The notes under the pieces: model-generated
The model's input: the letters and a program-made list of their open reading frames with translations, nothing else
Database searches by the model: none
Told to the model about the DNA's origin: nothing
Program-made: the position numbers and the translations under genes
Assembly: GCA_041288045.1 (NCBI GenBank)
Contig: JBGGMM010000008.1
Span: forward strand, 1-12,255
Length of the DNA: 12,255 bases
DNA from: Pseudobdellovibrionaceae bacterium
GTDB taxonomy: Bacteria; Bdellovibrionota; Bdellovibrionia; Bdellovibrionales; Bdellovibrionaceae
Direction of reading: 5' to 3'
Shown here: positions 1 through 5,829 of the stretch, one piece after another
Layout of the letters: each line of letters opens with the position of its first letter
Numbering within the stretch: position 1 is the stretch's first letter

Positions 1-195
1 AATAAACTCTGCGCATTAAAATTTTTCGAACTCATCCCATAGATTTATTCGTGTGAAGAGCGGCGAGCAAAAAACAGATTCGGCTGATCTCGAGCCTAAG
101 GTTATCGGTACACCGTATTTACATACAATCTGAACCCTGAACCCCCATGATAGAATCAACTTCATTTATTTTCGGATTCAAATAGGTCAGCAACC

Positions 196-582
196 TCACT
201 CCGGATCGTGGCAGACGGCTTCAATGTTATGCCCGTCGGGATCTAGCACGAACGCTCCGTAGTAGTGCTCATGATAATGTGGGCGCGGACCTGGTGCGCC
301 GTTATCCCTGCCGCCAGCGGCCAGCGCTGCTTGATAGAATTCATCGACTTGTTTCCGATTTTCGGCTCGAAAGGCAATGTGAACGCGAGGTTCGTTGGGT
401 TTGCCTTCGGCAGTCCAAAAGTCAGGTTTTGGTGGAACACCATAACCCAAGACGACTTTTCCGTCGGTGGACTCCTTCGGAACTTCCATCATCATTTTGT
501 ATCCGAGAGGAGCAAGAGCCCGGTCATAGAAATGGCGACTTTTCAAAGGGTCAGAAATTTGCAATCCAGTGTGATCAATCAT
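196..582 (-). CDS. VOC (glyoxalase/bleomycin-resistance/dioxygenase) family protein, 128 aa
   Basis: Start trimmed from the ORF track (666) to ATG 582, which gives the classic N-terminus MIDHTGLQISD..SRHFYDRALAPLGY. Internal motifs HIAFRA..RKQVDEFYQAALAAGGRDNGAPGPRPHYHEHYYGAFVLDPDGHNIEAVCH are typical of this family. Confidence 0.95.
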   Translation of the reverse strand: MIDHTGLQISDPLKSRHFYDRALAPLGYKMMMEVPKESTDGKVVLGYGVPPKPDFWTAEGKPNEPRVHIAFRAENRKQVDEFYQAALAAGGRDNGAPGPRPHYHEHYYGAFVLDPDGHNIEAVCHDPE

Positions 583-588
583 GAGAAT

Positions 589-617
589 CGTATAATGTCG
601 GAACCAGCCAGGGTCAA
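589..617 (-). promoter_or_regulatory. Candidate sigma70-type promoter for a leaderless VOC transcript
   Basis: Minus strand reads TTGACC (617-612), N17, TATACG (594-589), 6 nt, ATG (582). No Shine-Dalgarno is present upstream. Confidence 0.35.
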
Positions 618-844
618 AATCCAAATATCTGATTCGCTTTAAGGTGAACTGAGGACTTGAGCCCAAAGGTTAAGAAAACGCTGCGGCATTTTCTGATTCC
701 AAATTTTTTATCAGATTTTTCAATTGAAGAGTCACGATGCCCCCAGAATGGCGACTTTGAACTTGCCCAATTGGACATGAGTGAAGAATTTGAAAAGTGA
801 CTGCGATTTCTAATAGAGATATCCTTGCCATCGTCAAGATGCAC

Positions 845-850
845 AGGAGG
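845..850 (+). promoter_or_regulatory. Shine-Dalgarno sequence of the DHFR-family gene
   Basis: AGGAGG lies 4 nt before ATG 855. Confidence 0.8.
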
Positions 851-854
851 CACC

Positions 855-1445
855 ATGAGAAAATTAATCGTTATCTCTTTTCTCACTCTCGATGGAGTGA
901 TGCAGGCTCCGGGTGGTAAAGAGGAAGACATCGAGGGCGGCTTTCTGTACGGCGGGTGGCAAATGCCCTTTTTCGAGAGTGACGCTAACCCGATGCCCGA
1001 AAATCTGGGCAAGGCGGGGGCGCTGCTCTTGGGCCGCAAGACCTATGACATTTTCGCCGCCTACTGGCCGACTGCCGGTAAGGATGTAGAGTGGTTCGGT
1101 CCATTTATGAACAACATCAACAAATATGTGGCTTCCAAGACCCTGCCCAAGGCCGAGTGGGAAAATTCAACCTTGCTCAAAGGCGATGTGGCTGAAGCCG
1201 TTGCTCAACTGAAGAGCGAAGCTGGGAAAGATGTCTATGTCTTGGGGAGCGGTGATCTCTGTCAAACACTCATGCGCCACAAGCTGATTGATGAGTATCT
1301 CTTGATGATCCATCCTTTGGCGCTCGGGAAAGGCAAACGCCTCTTCCAACTGGAGGGCCCCAAACAAGATTTAGAGCTTTTGAAATCCAAGACATCCAAA
1401 GATGGCGTTCTCGTGCTCAACTACAAAGTAAAAGCAGATGTTTGA
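855..1445 (+). CDS. Dihydrofolate reductase-family protein (RibD C-terminal-like reductase), 196 aa
   Basis: Start at ATG 855 after AGGAGG. Family motifs: MRKLIV..FLTLDGVMQAPGG, LLLGRKTYDIFAAYWP, MNNINKYVASKTL..AEWENSTLL, GSGDLCQTLMRHKLIDEY.LMIHP..LGKGKRLF. Confidence 0.95.
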   Translation: MRKLIVISFLTLDGVMQAPGGKEEDIEGGFLYGGWQMPFFESDANPMPENLGKAGALLLGRKTYDIFAAYWPTAGKDVEWFGPFMNNINKYVASKTLPKAEWENSTLLKGDVAEAVAQLKSEAGKDVYVLGSGDLCQTLMRHKLIDEYLLMIHPLALGKGKRLFQLEGPKQDLELLKSKTSKDGVLVLNYKVKADV

Positions 1446-1453
1446 ACTTGCAG

Positions 1454-2242
1454 TCAGTCCTCACTCCAGAAGACATCACCGATTTTGCCGGACTTTTCAA
1501 CTCGGAGAAAACCAATCTTCGGTTTTTGAGTTTCAGAATTTTCGAACAATTTGAGAGTGACCAAATAGGCTTCAGGAATTTCTCGGATGTCGGCGAGGAC
1601 ATAGGACTTTCCTGATTGCGCCAGAAGCAGATCATCACAGGCCAATTGGTTGTCCAGCTCAGGCAGTATGGTGCAGCCATTGAGGCTTTTCACCAGAGCG
1701 TCGGCCGGGAACAATTGAGCCCAGCTCTCGGCGATGATATTCATTTTTGCGTTCTTTGAGAGATCGATTTTCAAGATCGGAAAAAAGCTTCCTTTGGAAT
1801 AACAGGATTTCAATTCGTAAATGAGCTCTGTGCCTTCGCTGCGAAAGCTATAGTCCAAAAACCGGCATTCCGCTTGAGTGGCGGACCCGAAATGGAGCAT
1901 TTTGCCATGAATTGAAATTTCACGCTGAGGATTCAAATAAGGAACAGATTGCAGGGCCTCTTGATTCACAGTCTGCAAGAGTTCCACGGCCTTTTGCAAA
2001 GGCTGAGTTTGAAAAAGAGAGCTGATCAGATCCAAAACATTTTTATAATCCTTCAGAGTCTTATCAACTTTTAAAAGAGCCTCTTCCCACTTTTTTTGAG
2101 CTTCCAATCTTTCTTGGCGATTCTGCTCGGGAACGGTGTCCGAAGCCGGAGTCTCCTGAAATTTCGAAGTGCAAGCGGAAAGAGTCAGCGTGGCGACAAA
2201 AAGAAGCTTGAAAGAATTCAATTTGAAAAGGGGAGAAGTCAT
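1454..2242 (-). CDS. Hypothetical lipoprotein, 262 aa
   Basis: Long ORF with a hydrophobic leader ending in lipobox LSAC (LLFVATLTLSAC). A helical, Q/E/K-rich N-terminal half precedes a beta-rich C-terminal half with four more Cys. No family recognised. Confidence 0.8.
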   Translation of the reverse strand: MTSPLFKLNSFKLLFVATLTLSACTSKFQETPASDTVPEQNRQERLEAQKKWEEALLKVDKTLKDYKNVLDLISSLFQTQPLQKAVELLQTVNQEALQSVPYLNPQREISIHGKMLHFGSATQAECRFLDYSFRSEGTELIYELKSCYSKGSFFPILKIDLSKNAKMNIIAESWAQLFPADALVKSLNGCTILPELDNQLACDDLLLAQSGKSYVLADIREIPEAYLVTLKLFENSETQKPKIGFLRVEKSGKIGDVFWSED

Positions 2243-2287
2243 TATTTATTCCAATCTTCTTTTTGAAGCTATTTGAATTAAGTAGGA

Positions 2288-2758
2288 TTAATAGTCCGTT
2301 TTGTAAGTTCCCTTGGTGCGGACTTTTTGTAATGAAGTTTTGCAGTTCAAACGGATGTTGCCGTTGACAACAGAAGTTTTGAGCGCCAGCGAAGTCGTGA
2401 AATTCGAAGTGTTCACAAGATAGTCAAACCAAGGAACTTCCATTTTATAAGAACCTTGACCACCAGAAACGCTTCCTTCCAACTCAACAGAAGCTCCCGT
2501 TGTTTTCGTCTCTTGGACATATTCATAGTCAACTGGTTTCCAGCTCTTCACGACGTAACCAATTTCAAGATTGGTGGTTGGTTTCACTTCACTTTTAGGA
2601 TCAATGAAGGACTCAACGAAGATTGAAAATTTGTCGACATAGCCACGGCATTCGACAACAATTCTTTCAGTTTCGTTTTGAAAATTCTGTTCATAAGCAT
2701 TTGCAGACAAAGGCGAAAAAGCCCCCAGAACCAAAAGGTTCAAAATCATTTTTTTCAC
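2288..2758 (-). CDS. Hypothetical secreted protein, 156 aa
   Basis: GTG start after strong SD AAGGAGG (2769-2763). Sec signal MKKMILNLLVLGAFSPLSANA|Y. Two Cys (ECRG near the N-terminus, NCKT near the C-terminus) could form a disulfide around a beta-rich domain. Confidence 0.85.
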   Translation of the reverse strand: MKKMILNLLVLGAFSPLSANAYEQNFQNETERIVVECRGYVDKFSIFVESFIDPKSEVKPTTNLEIGYVVKSWKPVDYEYVQETKTTGASVELEGSVSGGQGSYKMEVPWFDYLVNTSNFTTSLALKTSVVNGNIRLNCKTSLQKVRTKGTYKTDY

Positions 2759-2761
2759 ATT

Positions 2762-2782
2762 TCCTCCTTATAGGAAGGAGGA
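2762..2782 (-). promoter_or_regulatory. Perfect 8-bp hairpin pairing the SD with an anti-SD
   Basis: Minus strand TCCTCCTT-CCTAT-AAGGAGGA immediately upstream of GTG 2758. Confidence 0.6.
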
Positions 2783-2835
2783 GTCATACCAATTTATTGG
2801 GCTCAATCACACTGTTAGGATTGTGACGGGTAATT

Positions 2836-2876
2836 AGTTCATAGACTTTGCGAACGCTCCCGAACAATTCCGGAAC
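2836..2876. promoter_or_regulatory. Phased GTTC/GAAC motif cluster in a divergent intergenic region
   Basis: GTTC at 2837; GAAC at 2852, 2862 and 2873 (10-11 bp period); CCGAACA at 2860-2866. Confidence 0.4.
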
Positions 2877-2958
2877 TCAAATTCTCGACAAGCTCTCCAC
2901 AGTCATAGGAACGTAATCTCATCCAAAAAGCGAAAACCAAAGCGTGGGAGAGAATCGC

Positions 2959-3390
2959 ATGAAAAAAAGTATTTTCAGTTTAATGATCATCAGCCAGCTC
3001 TGTGCCTGTCAGATGGCTTACGTGCCACAGGCCAGGGACGTAAAGAAAAAGCCGCGAAACAGTGGAATCATCGGCATTCCTGTCACCCAGAGGGCCGAGG
3101 ATCGGCAGAAGGCAGAAGAGCTCATGAAGACGAACTGTGCACCCCAGGCCTTTTCGGTGGTGGATGAGGGAGAAATCGTCGTCGGGCAAGAGACGAAATC
3201 CTCGGCCAATGAAATCAACCGCGATGACACTCGTCGGAACGAGGGAACCTTGATGGGAATGAGTCTGATCTCTGGTTCTGACAGTGGCAAAGAAACTTCG
3301 CAGTCCTCTGTCACGACTCAGTTGAAGGAATGGCAAATTTCTTACAACTGCGCTTCTGAAAAACAAAATCAAGCAAAAAAAACCCAATAG
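2959..3390 (+). CDS. Small hypothetical lipoprotein, 143 aa
   Basis: ATG 2959 follows GGGAG. Signal MKKSIFSLMIISQLCAC ends in a lipobox-like LCAC. Motifs RAEDRQKAEELMKTNC, VVDEGEIVVGQ and EWQISYNC match a small-lipoprotein type I associate with Bdellovibrionota/Myxococcota (recall, not searched). Confidence 0.85.
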   Translation: MKKSIFSLMIISQLCACQMAYVPQARDVKKKPRNSGIIGIPVTQRAEDRQKAEELMKTNCAPQAFSVVDEGEIVVGQETKSSANEINRDDTRRNEGTLMGMSLISGSDSGKETSQSSVTTQLKEWQISYNCASEKQNQAKKTQ

Positions 3391-3399
3391 GAGAACAAT

Positions 3400-4218
3400 A
3401 TGAAATTGAAAAGATCACTGATCCTGTCATTTTTTTTTCTGGCCGCTTGTGGTAAATCCGCCGAATCTGAAACCGTCCCTCCCTCTGGACAGGATAAGCA
3501 GACTACGGAAATGGGTCCCTATACCGTGGCCTTTGCCGGCCCTGAGGAAACCTATGAACACACCATGAAAGGAGTGCCCGTTACGGATGAAGGCAAAGTC
3601 GAATACTTCATCACGACTAATGAAAAATCAAAAATCACTCTGGTCAAAACAGAGCTGAAAGTCACAGGTTGTTCTGCTTCTCAGGTGACTCATCACACTT
3701 TCTGGGTTCCCGACGCTGAAAAGCCGACCCAGGGTCAGCTGGTGTTGGCGGGTCTTCAATTTGAGCCGCAGCCTTCGGTGAAGGGAATTTTTCTGCATGT
3801 GATAAAGGGTCTGAATGGTTGTTCAGAGGTCGAGCTTTCGACTTCTTTGAAGCGCAGTAAACTCACTCAGCCAAATCCAACTTTTCCAGTCGGCCAAAAT
3901 TGTGCAGGCCAACCTGCCAGTGACGGCTGCAAAGTTCAAGTTTACTGCCGGGAGCAGGATCCATTATCTAATTATGTCGAGGTGGAAGTCTGGAAGCAGT
4001 CTTGGGGTCTGCAAATTCGGAAGTACATGCATCGATCTGATGGAACCCAAAGTTTGATGCTCAGTGAAACAGGAACCCTATCTGACGCGCCATCAACAAC
4101 CACATACTGGGGATCGTCGTCGACCTTGAAATTTGGCAAGACATCAGGTGAAGGCACTTTCAGCGAAAGCGTCAATGGTCAGACTTTCAAAACAGACTTG
4201 GATTGTGCTTGGCTCTAA
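3400..4218 (+). CDS. Hypothetical two-domain lipoprotein, 272 aa
   Basis: AGGAG overlaps the upstream stop (3389-3393). Lipobox LAAC. Two beta-rich parts are joined by a Pro-rich linker (QPNPTFP), with six further Cys. A 9-nt gap suggests an operon with 2959..3390. Confidence 0.87.
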   Translation: MKLKRSLILSFFFLAACGKSAESETVPPSGQDKQTTEMGPYTVAFAGPEETYEHTMKGVPVTDEGKVEYFITTNEKSKITLVKTELKVTGCSASQVTHHTFWVPDAEKPTQGQLVLAGLQFEPQPSVKGIFLHVIKGLNGCSEVELSTSLKRSKLTQPNPTFPVGQNCAGQPASDGCKVQVYCREQDPLSNYVEVEVWKQSWGLQIRKYMHRSDGTQSLMLSETGTLSDAPSTTTYWGSSSTLKFGKTSGEGTFSESVNGQTFKTDLDCAWL

Positions 4219-4221
4219 GTT

Positions 4222-4908
4222 CTAAAGGTCGCTATCTCTGAAAAAAAGCTTCAATTCAAAATGTCCATTTTGATCTTGAAGAATCAGTTCATAGACCTGG
4301 CCATCGCCAAAGCTCTTTAAGAGATAACCTTTGGCGGTGGTAGAGAGAATTCTGTAAGGGGAGTTGAGCTCTCGGCTCAATTCCCGATGCAAGTTCTGGT
4401 TGGCAGATCGGGCGACAAGGAAATCGCCTTCTTCGCTTCGCAAATAGGCAACGTCCAGTTGAGAATGCAAAATTCCGTTTGAAAGAAGGCGAACGTTGAC
4501 CTTCTGAGAATTTGAATTTGTCTTGGGCGCTTCCCTGAGTGTCCAGAGAAGAACTTGAAAGACTTCCATATCTTCTTTTGGAGTCTTATCATCCACATAC
4601 AGAGATTCGTGGCTGATCATCAAAGAGCGTTGAGGGCCGAATTGAGGAAATGTCGATCGATTGACAAACTCAATGGATTCGAGATTGGAAAAGTTCTTTT
4701 TCAGTTTCGAAATTTCCTCTTTACCAGTCGAAGGATCTAAAAAGCATTCGCCGGAGTTCTCAGAGCAAAATTTCAACCACAGGGAAAGAGCTTCAAACTG
4801 CTGCAGGACTTTCAGCTCAGCTTCTCCACCTCCATTGCCAACGACCCGTATGCAAATGGCCGATGTCGAGAACAAGAAAAAAATCAAAAATGGGATTGCT
4901 CTTTTCAT
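4222..4908 (-). CDS. Secreted GNGG-motif protein, 228 aa
   Basis: Start trimmed to ATG 4908, 1 nt after the TIGR02147 stop, with AAAGGA upstream. Signal MKRAIPFLIFFLFSTSAIC is followed by IRVVGNGGG and a Cx6C pair (FCSENSGEC). Confidence 0.82.
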   Translation of the reverse strand: MKRAIPFLIFFLFSTSAICIRVVGNGGGEAELKVLQQFEALSLWLKFCSENSGECFLDPSTGKEEISKLKKNFSNLESIEFVNRSTFPQFGPQRSLMISHESLYVDDKTPKEDMEVFQVLLWTLREAPKTNSNSQKVNVRLLSNGILHSQLDVAYLRSEEGDFLVARSANQNLHRELSRELNSPYRILSTTAKGYLLKSFGDGQVYELILQDQNGHFELKLFFRDSDL

Positions 4909-4909
4909 T

Positions 4910-5734
4910 TTAGGATCCTTTTTGATGAAGCATATTGAAAAACTGGAGGCTGAAGCAATAAAGATGCTCTTTGGGCCGCTGCGATTTTTCCGCCAGATAA
5001 GGATCAAAAATACGATTTGGCAAATGCTCTAAGGTTTCTTTGATTCGCTGAACTTGATCTGTGCTTAAGCCCACCAGGGCTGAAGTGAAAAACCTTGTCT
5101 CCATGGGTTGCTTTTCCAATGCTAAGAGTGCCTGGGTCAACATGTCTCGATGAAATTTTCGAATGGCTTCAGAAGCTTTGGAATTGCCAACCATAGTCGA
5201 TGACGAAACGGCCCATTGCCCACTGACTTCGTCTTTTTTAAGCAAACCCTGCGATTCGAGTCTTAGAAAGACGGCCTTCAGCTCAGGCACCGAACAGCCC
5301 AGGGCCTTTGCAGTCTTTTGGATTTGCGAATATTGACTTGAATTCATCTCGATCAGCTCTAGAACAGCCAGGTGCTGCCATTCAGAAATGGTTTTAAATT
5401 GTTCAAGTGTCAGCGAATTTTTCTCAGATTCAATACGAGAACGAATCCGGATCAAATTCATCGACTTGATCTCTTGCTTTTTGGAAAACTGAAATGAGAT
5501 CAGATCCTGCCAGTGGTGGATTTGCTCTTGGGTCAGCCCCAAGATTTTAGAAATTTGCTGAACTCGGCCGGGGCTCAAGCCCATGCGCCCTTTTAAAAAA
5601 TCCGTCAAAGTCGAGGGCGCAAGCTTGAGATCCCGGGCCATTGCTCTTTGCGAGTAAAAAGGTCGGCGATGGGCCCGCCTGCGCATTTCCCGAAGGATGT
5701 AGTCACGATGATCTTCAACAAACTGGACATTCAT
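4910..5734 (-). CDS. TIGR02147/DUF4423 family protein with N-terminal XRE-like HTH, 274 aa
   Basis: Start at ATG 5734 (MNVQFVEDHRDYILREM). The HTH region is YSQRAMARDLKLAPSTLTDFLKGRMGLS. Family motifs: FKTISEWQHLAVLELI, LxRLESxGLL, AIRKFHRDML..A..AL..QP.ETR.F, LYCFSLQFF. Length of about 270 aa is typical. Confidence 0.93.
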   Translation of the reverse strand: MNVQFVEDHRDYILREMRRRAHRRPFYSQRAMARDLKLAPSTLTDFLKGRMGLSPGRVQQISKILGLTQEQIHHWQDLISFQFSKKQEIKSMNLIRIRSRIESEKNSLTLEQFKTISEWQHLAVLELIEMNSSQYSQIQKTAKALGCSVPELKAVFLRLESQGLLKKDEVSGQWAVSSSTMVGNSKASEAIRKFHRDMLTQALLALEKQPMETRFFTSALVGLSTDQVQRIKETLEHLPNRIFDPYLAEKSQRPKEHLYCFSLQFFNMLHQKGS

Positions 5735-5742
5735 GGGCCGAA

Positions 5743-5771
5743 GCTTTAGCTGAGTGATCCGAGAGAGCCAA
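5743..5771 (-). promoter_or_regulatory. Weak candidate sigma70-type promoter for the TIGR02147 gene (short or no leader)
   Basis: TTGGCT (5771-5766), N17, TAAAGC (5748-5743), 8 nt, ATG. No SD present. Confidence 0.25.
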
Positions 5772-5780
5772 GACTTTTCC

Positions 5781-5822
5781 TGTTCGGTCAAAAAAATAAA
5801 ATGACCGAACACTTCCGAACAC
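5781..5822. promoter_or_regulatory. Perfect 10-bp inverted repeat plus a third half-site; operator-like
   Basis: TGTTCGGTCA (5781-5790), AAAAAATAAAA, TGACCGAACA (5802-5811). CCGAACAC is directly repeated at 5805-5812 and 5815-5822. No U-tract follows on the minus strand. Confidence 0.7.
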
Positions 5823-5829
5823 GAAATTT

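Noticed and set aside
1..195. Short minus-strand ORFs, a possible gene start at ATG 35 running off the left edge, and a CTGAACC tandem (130-143)
   Set aside because: Too little sequence to support any call, and a two-copy 7-mer is unremarkable.
531..758. Exact 12-bp repeat AATGGCGACTTT at 531-542 and 747-758
   Set aside because: One copy lies inside the VOC CDS, and a few 12-mer repeats are expected by chance in 12 kb. No element lies between them.
657..800. 47-codon plus-strand ORF (LSPKVKKTLRHFLIPNF...MSEEFEK) in the VOC/DHFR spacer
   Set aside because: TTG start with no properly spaced SD and no recognisable motif. It cannot be supported as a gene or pseudogene without a search.
855..1445. 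Calling the gene folA or ribD
   Set aside because: It lacks the deaminase domain of RibD and the FolA signature (IGxxxxLPW). It is the standalone RibD-C-like family of unknown substrate.
4909..5007. Upstream start for the GNGG protein
   Set aside because: It overlaps the regulator's 3' end. The signal peptide and SD fit ATG 4908.
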